A stretch of DNA of 64,000 bases, from contig CAVNZM010000009.1 in the NCBI GenBank assembly GCA_963693365.1, positions 2,110,231 through 2,174,230 of the forward strand, in the 5' to 3' direction. Source of the stretch: Amoebidium appalachense. Lineage: Eukaryota > Protista > Ichthyosporea. The notes under the pieces were generated by a model. The model saw only the letters and a list, made by a program, of their open reading frames with translations. It had not been told where the DNA came from and did not search any database. Position numbers and translations under genes: made by a program. Within the stretch, counting starts at the first letter, position 1. Each line of letters opens with the position of its first letter. This document shows positions 31,339-60,739 of the stretch, piece by piece.

Positions 31339-31966
31339 GGCTGCCACTTACCCCGGTGCTGACAGCTGATGTTCCAAGTGCACTTAGGGGGCCTGCAAGA
31401 TGACGGCTTCGGAAAACATCTTGTGGGCATCCTTAGGACCCCATATGAACTTTAGAATGAGTCATGGGCTGGATATTAATGTGTTTAACCACGGAGTTTG
31501 ACAAACTAATGCAACGTTAGTGATAACTCGTCGAATGGATGGAGAGGGGGGGGGGGGGGGGGGTTATGCCCTACAGATTTTCCCCTTCTTTGTGTGTTTA
31601 AGTAAAATGTGATACATTTCTAATCAGCCACTGAAACACCCAGCACACACAGCGTGACTGAAATTTTGGTCCCCAAGTGCCCCCACATTGCCATGCATTG
31701 CCACGTTTCAGCCTAAGGTAGTATTTTTGCTTAGCAAAGTGTCTGCCTCCAGTTGTGGTCGGGAAAAAACATATGATCATCATGTCGTAAAATTGTGTGC
31801 TGCAGGGTATCACACAACACACCGGCGAAAAGGGAGGTGGGAAGGGGGGAGAGAGCGAGAGAGTGGGGGGTGGGGAATGGGGGGGGTGGGGGGTGGAATG
31901 CGGCCATGCATACCTAACCCAAAACCCCCCTCCCAAAAAAAACAAAAAAAACAACTCTGAGAAGGG

Positions 31967-32017
<51 letters not shown>

Positions 32018-32584
32018 CCTCCCCCTCCCCCCATCCACACCAACCCCAAACAAATCCCCTCCCCTTTTCCTGAAGTGATCCCAATATCCAACCCCTCCAA
32101 TTTCCCATTTTTAAATATATTGCCGGAATGATCAATCCCCCTCCCCCCTCCCCCCCCCCCCCCCCCCCCCCCCTTGTCCCCGGGCCGCCTCCCCTCGTGG
32201 CATGCACACATAATTGATGGCCAGTACTCCGTTTATGTGGCTCCCTCCCCCTGCCTGTTCGCTTTTTACTATAGCTAAGTCGGTCCATGAAAGTATGGGA
32301 CACATAACCTAAACCCAGGCTGGGAGGTGCACGTTGTGTACGCAGTAAAGCTGGTTAAGTAACTGATTGCCGGTTTTGTATGGTGACCGTATCCCATGAT
32401 ATGCACTACATGCACACACCTTTTTGAGAGCATGCTATTTTTGTTTTTAACGCGGTTTGTGTGGAAGACTAGAGAGAACGAGAAAGAGAGATTCGGGGGG
32501 GGGGGGGGGGGGGGGAGGGTGTGTGTGTGTCAGAGAGGGGGGGGGAGAGAGAGAGAGAGAGAGATTCGGGGGGGGGGGGGGGGG

Positions 32585-32626
<42 letters not shown>

Positions 32627-32744
32627 CGGGGAGAGAGAGAGAGAGAGAGACAGACAGAGAGAGAGACAAGATAGATTCGGGAAGAGAGAGAGAGAGAGAG
32701 ACAGAGAGAGAGAGACAAGAGAGAGAGAGAGAGATTCGGAGGGA

Positions 32745-32861
<117 letters not shown>

Positions 32862-34330
32862 TATGTGTGTATGTGCACGAGCTTGTGTGTTACACCTTAT
32901 GTTTGTGTGATGTTCGTTTGTATCATACTCCGTGTGTAATAGGGTGTTGCATGGCTATGTAAGTAAGAATATCTCTATCTGATGATCATACATAGTTGCA
33001 GGTGTGCACCTAAACTATCCTCCGATAATTAGTAATGCTATGCACATATGTGCACGAATGTACTTGCAGGGGGGTGGATCTGTATTGTGAATGTCAACGT
33101 ACGCGTGTGAAAATCGCAGAAGTCTTACCGTATGTTTCTTTCTAAAGACGAGCTTTCTCTTTTCGCTTAATCCACCACGGGGGGAATGTGCTGTTTATTA
33201 ACGACATGTAGGTGAGCTGTGATGAGTTGTCGGCGCCAAAGCCAACAGTACTTCCACTCAACAAGATACACATGTAAAAGTCGATGTTACACTCACATCA
33301 TAGAAATTATATGTGGAGATTTAACGTAACAGGCATACATCGTATGTGGAGATATAAAGGTAGTTTTTTTTTATTTGTTTTTTTAATTTAAATCTACCAT
33401 AAGGTTAAACAAGATTGCGCCACAATGGAATGGGGGACATTGGGGATGGCTACGACTGGGGTACGGCTGGGATGGGGTTTTGGGGGTTTCCCTTGAATAA
33501 TTTTGTTGTTCAAGTACGTTAGGCAGACCCCACCATGCACCCATACCCACCGCAAACGTTAACACCACCAACAACACACCGTACATTCCACCACAGTACA
33601 CCGCAGATGAACCAATGAGAGCTAGCCCGTGTTTAAAGTTTTATTCGTAGGTTTTGAGTGGAGGGAAAGCCTGGTGCTAACCACCGGCGATGCTGGGGCG
33701 AAAACCCTGGGCTAAGTGTGTAGGAGTAGTTAATATTGGTAGTGGTGTGTTGGCTTAGCTGATGGCACCAGAGCACCCTAGCTGGAGTACAGTCTGCGCT
33801 GGGTGGAAGACCGTAGTTCCCTTGAAGGGCCCTGGGGGTCCCTCCGGAAAAACGGGATAAAATGAACAATAAAAGAAAATCCGGTACGTTAGGGATCAAT
33901 TCACATATGTTGACCATTCCCTCCGCCTAGAGGTATAAGTCTACACCCCAAGTATCATAAACGATAAATAATAATAATTGCAAGCTTGGTACTGTGCCCA
34001 TACATGTATATCAATTGCCCCTCGATGTCACCATACGGTAATTACACATCATATGGACATGCTTGTAAATACTAATATACGTAAGCCTGATGGTTGCACC
34101 CTTATTAATATCAGCCTAATATGGATGCTGGGAGCCAAGGGCAACTCATTATGGCTGAAAGACACATGCACACAATATTTCGTCTATTTATCATTTAATG
34201 TCAAGTCAACTTACTGGAATACCCGCCGTAGCCTAGATTGTGTGTGTGTGTGTGTGTGTGTGCCTGTGTGTGTGTGTGTGTGTGTGGGGGGGGGGGGGGG
34301 GAGGAGGCTTAATGTATCCTTAAATTTAGA

Positions 34331-34375
<45 letters not shown>

Positions 34376-35297
34376 GTGTATGTGTGTGGGGGGGGGGGGA
34401 GGAGGGGGGGAGGGGGGGGAGGGGGGGGAAGGGGGGGGGGGGCTCAAATTTGGGACAAACGCGCGTGTGCAGGAGCTCGAGTGAGGTTCAGGGCAGCAGT
34501 GATAAAATCAGCCATGTGCATCAGTAAAGGACAAAAAAGTCGAAGCCACAAGCGTGAAAAGCACCAATACCATATACAGGTGATGTAAGAGGTGAACGAA
34601 ACCAAAGCATACCCTAATATTAAAAGACACAAGCCAGACACGGGAGTTCGTGGCCGGCCGGGCGGTTTGTGTCTATCACAGCGTGTGTGTGTGTGTGTGT
34701 GTGTGTTTGTGTTTGTGTGTGTGTGTGTGTGTGTGTGGTGGTGGTGGTAGGGGAGGGAAGTGGAGGGGGAGGGTTGGAAAAGGGGGCTTAGGGCTCCGGT
34801 CTTTGGGAAAACAGTGCTGTGTGCACTTCCTTTGTTTATGTCACAGACATCATCATCACTGTCAAGCAGGCATTAATAAAGCGGAATAACTGAGGTTTCA
34901 ACAAAAAGAAAGATTTACAATAGTGGTAATACTATGTACCTTTGATGGCGTCTTCAAACATAAAATCTGTACTATTTATGAAAGCACTGATGTAACAAGC
35001 TGTACATGTGTACAAAAACTAACTACATCAATACCGCGTGCAAACACATGGGAGATTTGCTCATATACTAGCACCGGAACTAAAGAACCCTACTCACGTT
35101 TGTCTCAAAGCTCTGGTACTCTGTACATTGCCACACTGGGAAGAATACTTACTTATGGAATAACAATATTCGTTTGGAAAACTTAGAATTTCAGGCCGCA
35201 TCACAGCTAGGGTTGCTTATATCAATAGCAATCAACAACAAATAAGCACGAATGAAACTCACGTTGGACTAAAAAAAAAAACATCTACACCCTTTGA

Positions 35298-36218
35298 TCA
35301 AGTTCCATGTTTGAAAGCACATGGTAGGGGTAGCTGTGCCGGGCTTGGCGCCATCTTGGGTAGAAGCCGTGGGAAACGTTGGGAAGGAATACTCGGAGGT
35401 CTCACACAGGTCACCGCCAAGAAATTATCGAGGTCAGCACCCAGCGAGCATGACGGGGGGCCTAACATGGACTCCGCAAGGCAGGTGTCAAGCGACACCT
35501 CCGTGAAATAATCCTCGAAACTTATCGTGGACGTTAACGAGGGGGTGCGCGCTGCGTTTAACGGAGGGGTAAGCGTAGTCATTGTCGGGGTGGCAAAAGG
35601 TGTCGTATTTTCGTTTTGCAGCGTTGGTGCTGGGAGAATGGGGGTAGGAAAAGGAGAGATTGCAGAGGGAAGAGAGGGGCTCAATCTGGGAATTTGCGGG
35701 TAGAACTGCGGTCGTTGCTCGTTGTGGTAAGCAGTAGCCATCCAAGGAAATTTTTGGTCGAAATCGTTCCTGCGGACTTTTAATTTGTGAACATGTGAGA
35801 GGTGATGTTGGAGACTTCTCCACTCCTGGAATCTTTTATCGCATGTTTTTACGGGACACGCGTGTGGGCGGTCTAGCTCTGCGCGTGTTCTTCTCTTTCT
35901 CGAATGTTTTTCCAGTTTTGCGGGTTTACAAAGAGATCCCATTTGCAGAGTGTCAGATGGCTCCAGTTTCGGTGGGTTTACGTTTTCCATGAGCAGAGAC
36001 TTGAGGGATTCTATGCTTATACGTCTTTCTGCTTCTGACATCTCGTCTTCAATACTGTCTACGTCTGCCATTATTTCCGCTAATACAGCAGCTGTGGGGT
36101 CAAGTTTCAATGTTGGGTCGAGATTCAGTGTCATGTTGTCTGTGCTTGGTGTTGTCGTGGCTAAGATCTCACCAACCTTCCTATTTGTGCTTATGAACCC
36201 TTCGATAATCATTTTCAC
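35298..36218 (-). CDS. Intronless single C2H2 zinc-finger protein, putative transcription factor (about 300 aa); paralog of 8107-8919
   Basis: HACPVKTCDKRFQEWRSLQHHLSHVH fits C-x4-C-x12-H-x4-H and is preceded by RKRRTRAEL. Acidic N-terminus and Pro/Thr-rich C-terminus. The true start is probably a downstream ATG. Confidence 0.85.
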   Translation of the reverse strand: MKMIIEGFISTNRKVGEILATTTPSTDNMTLNLDPTLKLDPTAAVLAEIMADVDSIEDEMSEAERRISIESLKSLLMENVNPPKLEPSDTLQMGSLCKPAKLEKHSRKRRTRAELDRPHACPVKTCDKRFQEWRSLQHHLSHVHKLKVRRNDFDQKFPWMATAYHNEQRPQFYPQIPRLSPSLPSAISPFPTPILPAPTLQNENTTPFATPTMTTLTPPLNAARTPSLTSTISFEDYFTEVSLDTCLAESMLGPPSCSLGADLDNFLAVTCVRPPSIPSQRFPRLLPKMAPSPAQLPLPCAFKHGT

Positions 36219-37987
36219 GTGCGTGGGTTGTGTGTAACACCTTGTAACCCAATATGGTATGGTAGTTTCAATACATATAATGTGTATGCATATTTAACAG
36301 TAGTTAACACATATTCCTACTTTTTTTGTTGTTTTATGAAAACATATTCCTCAACAAAGTATCCAAAAAAGAAGAAGAAAACAGACGTACACGGATGAGT
36401 CGTTTTCGCCTCACGACTCGGAGCTGACCGATCCTCGAATGAGGGAATGAGCCGGGATCATGCCGTTTACCTCCTTCCAGTGGGGGTTTCGATCACAAAA
36501 AAACGAAATTGCAGGCCTCACAAATATTGATTGTACAAGGTATTCCATTATCAGATAATCTAACAAGAGAACACGGAAGTGTATGAAAGGCTTAAAAAAT
36601 TGAGTAAAGTAAATTTAACACATCAGCAAGGAAAAATTGCCGGAGTGTGAACGGTATAGAATACGCCAGCACGCAGTGAAAGTCTAATTGGAAGGCGACA
36701 AAGTCATTTAACGGTAACAAATAATTTCGATTTCAAATTCAAAACACCAAATTTATAATTACATTTGCCCCCGTGGCTATACCCCTTAATTTCTATTCTG
36801 TGATCTCGTCGACTTTATAGGTTTCCACCACAACACATTACTTTTATAAATTATTTCGGTAGCACTCAACGCCCAACAGTGAGCAGCGAAGAGATTGAAC
36901 GCCTAAAGCCAACCCCTAAAGCCTGTGGCCGTCGAATGTGGCTGGGCCTCCGGCAGTGTCCACGCAATAAAAAGTGTGTAACCCCCAATGCAACAGCCAA
37001 GCATGCGCACTTGCAATTGCGAAAAAGTTGCACAGGATGAGTGATGTGTGTATACATGTAGTTTTGGGGGATCCGGCGGCTCCACGGCTGCGGGCTGGGG
37101 AGATGTTATGCTCGGGGGAACCAGTCTTGTTGGGTGGTTAGGCAGCCTGCGAAATTTGGAATCAACTTGGTCTATAGCTTGCGTGGAATAGCAAACGCGG
37201 CTGATATTTGCTTCTCCCGGGCCTGTGTTAGAGAATCGAGAGTGTTTCGTTTTGAAAAAAATCTGCCGATACGTGCCGACGAAATCATTGCGAAACGTCA
37301 GCGAACGGTTAACCTCCCCAAAAGAGTTTTGGGGATCAGCCCTACCAGAGGAAGCCAATCAAAACTCGAAATGTGTAATACTCGATTCAACATGACTGGA
37401 TTCAGGAATGCGTATGAATTACGACGACCTCTTCTTAAACGTATGGAAAACTTCTATAAAAAGCTGTGTATATATATTAATTGCTCACTCAATCACTGTA
37501 AACTTTAAAGTTTCGGTTGACATACTCAGTTTAGACTTGCATGCACTGGAATGTCCGCAACGGAAGCCCATAGAACCGCATGAGAGCGCGGCGAACAAGT
37601 CGGTTTTGGCGGAGCCTTCCGAAGTGCCAATGCATGACTATGTGGCCATGGAGTTGGTCACGGTTGGCAAGTCAAGCGCATGGGAGGAAAAAAACATCGT
37701 ATTTGAATAATAACATAAAGATTTTGTGCGATAATATTGCTGTACTGGTTAGTTTAACATGTTAGGGAAAAGGTACATTGTGCACGTGTCCTGGGGAAAC
37801 GACAACTGTACTGCACTGAAAGTTCTCCAAATTTGCACCGCTCTGCCGTTGCTTCCAAACGTCAACCTCATTGGCTTCAGGAAATAGCTGACATACCAGA
37901 GAGGAGAGCAAGACATTATTTTGGACATTCCTCAGACTTGAGGCTCTGATCACGTACACAGGATGAAGTCATTTTTTTTTTTGTAGT

Positions 37988-38056
37988 GGGGTTTACGCTG
38001 TTTACTCGAGGCAAAGAGAGACCAGTCTCAGGTATGGGGGGGTTTTTCTCGGAATA
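37988..38056 (+). repeat. Dispersed about 68-bp repeat, copy 2
   Basis: Nearly identical to 24527-24595. Confidence 0.85.
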
Positions 38057-38254
38057 AGTCGTAGTCCTACATCCTCTGGCAAAAGAGGCGGCTTATGGAT
38101 CAGGTGTTGCAATAGTGCACGTGGGAGTGGTAACATAAGAAGAGAGTATCCAGGGGACCACGGAGGAGGGCCGGCGGCGGGGGGGGGGGGGGGGAGGGGG
38201 GGGAGGGGGGGGGAGGGGGGATGCACACACAGAGAGAGAGAGAAAGGGGGGGGG

Positions 38255-38343
<89 letters not shown>

Positions 38344-38494
38344 AGAAGAAGAAGATGAAGAGATGCCACCTTGTGCAAGAGAGAGAGGCGGGTAGGGGGT
38401 GGGGATGGAGAGAGCGGAAGCAAGGGATCGAGAGGGGTAGTTACTAGAAGGATAGAGCTGAGGAGAAGGAGGAGGAGGAGAGAGAGAGAGAGAA

Positions 38495-38559
<65 letters not shown>

Positions 38560-39549
38560 TGCTATAGAGTTCAAGAGAGCTGAGAGGGAGGGGAGGGGGG
38601 AGAGAGAGAGGAAGAGAGAGGGAGAAAGGGATCGAGAGAGGTAGAAAGATACAGCTGAGGAGGCGAGAAAAAGGGACATGGAGAGGAGGGGGAGGGGGGA
38701 GGGGGGGGCTTAGGGAGCTGGGAGAGGGAGAGACAAGATACGGGTCGGGCTCTGTGAGGGTCACGTGGGTTAACCGGTACCTGTCATCTCTTCATGTCTC
38801 CTTTGCCTACAACTGCTATTCTCCTTCTAAGAGCAGACGTCGTATACATTCATCTAAAGGATTATGACAACTTATATCCTATTTATACGGATGGATCAAT
38901 TGAAAGGAGTTGCGCATATCTCCCTATAAAGCTCTTCGTCGGCACTTCCCTTATATTAGGCGGCAGTGCCAGTCATAGTAATGCCTCAAATCACTCAAAT
39001 CACTATCTCGTTTCTACATCATACTAATATCTGGCACGTACTGACTGTGCCCTCTAGCCCATGTACGAATAAATCGACGCTGTCTATTTTTCAAGGGCAG
39101 GCGAGTCACGTGATCAGCCGCTCTCCGAGTCGTCCGCGTCCCCTTGAAAAATAAGAGCTACCCCAGAAGGTAGCAGTACTAATATTCTGCGTGCCTGCAA
39201 GAGTGTGCTTCGACCCAGCATAGACTCAATAAAGGTACTATGGTACCCGACCTATCGTTCACATCACTTTTACTGGAAATCGGCCAAAGCGGCCCGTGGT
39301 TTATCACGGGCCGCGAGGCCGCACAACCAATCACAAGCCTCAGATATGCACATGCCCACTAGTTTGACCAATCAAACACAGCCAAATTATACTCCGGAGC
39401 TACAAAAACGTCCACCTCCCCCCTCGCTTACGGCCACTAACCCGGAATGTCCATGCCCAAGCCCCGCTGTCCTAGCGGGCAAACCGACACCATCGAAGCA
39501 AGCGAGGCCAACCAATCGGCCACTCATCGACACCACCACCCCTACCAAA

Positions 39550-40250
39550 CGACCACAGTCTCGCCTGCATCATATGGTCGACACCAACCAGCCCACCGAC
39601 CGCACCAACACATACGCCACCCTGGTCAGCACCCACCAACCTCCTGACCGCACCATCGTATGTCACCCTGGTCAACACGAAAACAACCAAGTGTAACAGA
39701 CCACAGCGTCGCATGTGTCACCGCCCGGCCAACACCAAACAACTCCCGACCACACCTTCACACGCCCCAGTAGGTCACCACCAAGCAATTCGCCACCCAC
39801 ACTAACGCATGCTCCACCCGGTCAACACCAACACTCCTTGACCACACCACGCATGCACAACCCGGCATTGCTATCACCAAGCAACCCACGGACCACACTA
39901 GCACACGCCACCTGGTCAGCACCCAGCAACTTTCTGACCGCACCATCGTGTGTTCAACCCTGTCCGACACTTACACAAAACAACACTTCAACCACACACT
40001 GCATGTGAGCCCCACGGAGCACTTTGGGGAGGGCCCGACAACGCTTTCACGTGCACTCGTTGGAGTTACCCAACAACCGACCGACCACACCAACACATAC
40101 GCCACCCTGGTCAGCACCTAACACCACCCTGGCCACACCCGATCGTATGCTCAACGGTCATCACCAACAAGCAACCAACCAACCCCACGCATGTGCCATC
40201 ACCAGGTCAACACCAACAACCCCTGATCACACCAACACATGCACCACCCA
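39550..40250. repeat. Degenerate about 46-50 bp minisatellite, about 14 units
   Basis: Consensus is roughly GACCACACCA-n-CGCATG-n-CACCCT-GGTCAACACCAACAAC-n; interrupted at about 40010-40070. Confidence 0.75.
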
Positions 40251-42377
40251 ATACCGAACCAAAAACTGTTTTCTGTACCCTTAATCCCCTTTGAACTTGC
40301 CCTGTAACTCTGGGGGCTGGTGCTAAAAGTTGCAGGGTGGGGCTGCTGCATGTATACTATGTGTATTATTGTGCTGTTTAGAGACCGATCGTTCTGCCAT
40401 GTCTGTCTAACAAACGGGCTCAGTTTAGAACGTGGGTATGTAGGTCCTGTGGGGCTGGTACCTACCACTATTCAGCGGTATTGAATAAGACCTTAAATAA
40501 AAAGGTTCAAAACTATGGTACCAGTACCGTGCTTCTCCTGAAGATTGCTAATTGCTCTGTGGGTTAAAGAAAAGGTACTCATATTAGAAAGCTACGCAAA
40601 GTGCCTATGTCTCTACATATACCTGCATGCTCAAAAGGTGTGCGAGCAACAATATATATGTGTGCACTTTGTGAGCTGGGATATGATGGTTCGTTTATGC
40701 ACATGCCTGTGCCCGACCGTGTAGTGCTGTCTATGCTGTAGCGCATGCTCCTGGCCCTCAACTGAGCCATCAGCAATAGGTGAATGCTTCAAAATGGTGC
40801 TAGGGCACCCACTTTAAAATATAACAGTATCTGCGCACACAAACAACATATACACTTACGTTTTGGCAATCCGTACGGCACACCAGGTGTGAGCGTTTCG
40901 GCGCCAATACACGGGGTGGCAAAGCAGCACGCAGTCTTCTTCAGTTTGAAATCACTGTGGGCGGGCTCTGTGGGCAGTGGTACTAATACTAGTTAGTTGC
41001 AAGTACAGTGTTCAAGTCCCATGGCCTAGGGATTCCGTGGTACTCGCCGAAAACACTTGCACAAGCAATAACCAAGGGTCATGGGATGCATAACGCTGCA
41101 TTATTCATACCCGGCGACCGTGAGGACCGTGAGGACCGTGACCTCACTTAATTAAATACGAGTGGATGTGCAAGGCCGGGGGCAAACTCTAATGTTGTGT
41201 GGTCTAGGACACTATGGCAATGATACTCCGCCTGGTTTCTTGCTTAAGTTTTTTTGTGCCTTGTCCGTTAATAAAACGATCCTCTCAGTGGACTAGTTAT
41301 TGGACATGGCACAGTCAAGCTCGACATAGTAACCCCCAGGCTGCCAGGGTGCCGGTCGGCCGAAAACTTTGCTTCAAGCCTTTGAGGCTCCCCCTCAAGC
41401 ACGTACAGCCGCTAGCACTGACACTTGTTTGCTTGTGGGATGACAAGGCCTCCTGTCAGCCTGTTGAGGCCTTTGGGATGGATGACTCAGACAGCCAATG
41501 TACGTCAAGACTGCCGGGGTTGGCTTTTGCGATGCAATTCAAATTTTTACACCTCCCGCTGCAATCCAATCTCAATAAATCGCATTGCTCTGGAGGTGGG
41601 TAAAAGCAGCAAGCTTTTGAAATGTTTATGGAAAGAAGAGCTTGTAATAAAAATATTTTCATCATCTTTATTACCATATTTCCGAGAAAAAATATTGGAC
41701 ATCCACTCTTGTACAGTGCGGCTACACCACTATAAAACTAATGGGTATATATTTGTGTAAATAATCAGATGCCGTCGATTCGTTTTTACCCCCGAGCCCG
41801 CTTACAATAAGCTTGGACCAATCATAAAAAATTATGCATTCGATTTACATACTTTGTAAAGTTTGGGATGCATCTACCGCCCTACAACTATGTACGGCTG
41901 TTGCAACATAAGGTTTTGCAACATAAGGAGCACCATTTAATTGTTTCGTCTTTACATGAATACTATGAATTGGGTTATAAAGAGTAAAAACCACATCCAT
42001 ACTACATTAAGCTATTTTCTTTTACGTGAAACAACTGCCTTATAGTTGATTCGAACTCGATCGCCCCGGTGAAGCAACATGTACATTCCTTGCATACCAT
42101 CCATCTTTTTGCGGTCCACTAGCTTCTCATTTTGATGCTGAGCCCTCCCCTCCTCACTCACCCGAAGTGTTGGTGTGAGAGAGTGTTCCCCCAGCAAATA
42201 TTTTGAATTTACCATTTCACATAGCTATATTTAGTTTAACAAAGAAGCATGGTTGACATTTAACTCTTCCTACAGTGTCCCGTCGCTCATGCCCTTCAAT
42301 CACACGCACACACACACAGGTGTTGCCAAAACAAAACACACCCTTTCTTGCGGTGGCAAAAGCCACATCTTCTCAAA

Positions 42378-58722
<16,345 letters not shown>

Positions 58723-59437
58723 ACCATCAACATTTAAGGCTGGGGGAGAGACCTTACCCTCTTGTTCGGGTGTTCCCCTTTAGATCTTTGTGATCTTGCG
58801 GTGGTTCTGATTGAAATGGTGTGACTGTACCAACACCCCTTCCCCTCCCCAACTCCCAACAAACACAAAACAGACACACACACACACACACAAGGGACAC
58901 AAATACCTCTTTTGCAGGGCGCTTTTCCATACAGTTTAGCTTATACCAAGGTCAAGCCCGGACCGTCTAGTATCAGTATTTCAGTTACCTTTTTTTCAAA
59001 TGTACAACAACTTGCTCCTATTCAACTAAGGCAATAACGGTACATGAAGAATTTGCTGTTGATGGTAGGCTAGTTAGTGATGGCCACATCGCCATACCTT
59101 CGTCGATATAATCCGAAACCTCATCACATACTATGACATCATGTGCTGTGATAATTTAGCTGGCACTTCTTCTCCTGTAAGGATTATAGCCACATAATAG
59201 TAGAAGTATGTTGATATCATACCGTCGAGGTTTAGGAAAATCAAGGAGTAGGAAATGTTAGACCCCTTATCTGTTATCATTTTGGTTCACTGTTTCAAGT
59301 TCTTCTCAAATAACGGTAATTTTATCCCCATTTTTTTCAAAAAGAGACATCCTAATATTAGGTGTGCTGTTTTCTCAATTTCCCTTGCTATGCTTGTTGG
59401 GCTTGACTGCTCACTGCGACAACCCTTAGTTACTCAA

Positions 59438-60739
59438 TCATCTGTTTTGATTTTTTGGTGTGTACACACCATGATGCACCTTATTCATTGATAAACTCTA
59501 AAAAAATCTTTTTTATGAAAGGGGGCCCTACGTATGTATTATGCTCCGTACCAGATTCGAGTGCTACGCAAGCTGAAAGATGCACAACCATGTCATCTAA
59601 GCTTGCATGTTTGAACTCTCCTTTGCCTGCCAAGAGATCTCGGAAAGGGATCCGGAAGGGGGAGCTTGACGCAAATGGTAGGCCCTTTTCATTCGAATAT
59701 TCATCTGTTTTGATTTTTTTGTTGTGTACACACCGTGATGCACCTTAAACATTGGGGTTTATGCACTTTGTATTGCTGCGGACATCGTCGGGGGCCCAGC
59801 CTCACTTGACGGCCTACTGTGTTTTCCAGCGCAGCCAATCAAATGCAGCTAGTGACTTATGTACACTGTATGCAATAAAACAACCCTATAGTATAGATTA
59901 TGGATAAGCAGACGCTAGCATTGGTAGCTCCGAGAGAAAGTTAAGACACTGTATCACAATATCATACTGTGCAGCATTAATAAGGTGATCTAACACGGTC
60001 ATTTTTTAACGGATATACTGGGGGAGAGAAGTAGAAAAGAGAACAAAGCCGCCCATAACCTCCGGTTCTAAAAAATTAGCTAACATGTACAGGTCACACT
60101 TATTGATAGATATGCATCCGCGACCGACACCAAAAACCGACTACAACGCCAAGACATAATCATTAGCCCATTAAATTTCACGAGCACATCACCCGCCTAT
60201 CGGCCATTGCCCCGACCCATCCACTCTTCCGGCTACACGCATCCCCGCCGGACTCGCCCTCTACCTCTTCCTTTCGACATCGTCTCTGCCCATTGTCGAG
60301 CGATATGCGGAGTGGCTGGCGACTCCACCGGAGGTACAGCTGGACCTTAGTGTGACTATGAATAGTTTAAAGTCTATGGCTGATAGATACCTTTTTACTT
60401 TACGTGTCGAGTGCCTCCCAGTGTTAGGTCAGCAAAAACACCAACTATTAGTAGCCTATATGGCGGATACGGTTAGACAATCTCGCTCCTATAAGGATTC
60501 GTTTATTCATGATGTTGTGTCGTATAAATATGCAAAGATGATCATGTCTTGGAGAGGGATCCGGAAGGCCCGGGGGGGAGAGGCGCGCCATATGCGCAAG
60601 TCGGCGTCGAATAGTCTGATGGGGGTTTAAAGTGCACTTTGTATTGCTGCGGACATGGTCAGGGGCCCGGCCGCGGCCCAGCTAGCCTCACTTGACAAGT
60701 TGACAGCCTACTGCGTTTTCGAGCGCAGCCAATCAAATG
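59438..60739. repeat. Interleaved local direct repeats (probable decayed element copies)
   Basis: About 46-bp unit at 59438-59483 and 59701-59747; about 90-115-bp unit at 59754-59845 and 60622-60739; AGGGATCCGGAAGG occurs twice. Confidence 0.75.

Noticed and set aside
39205-40468. Overlapping Pro/Thr/His-rich ORFs
   Set aside because: They derive from the minisatellite, and unit lengths do not preserve frame.
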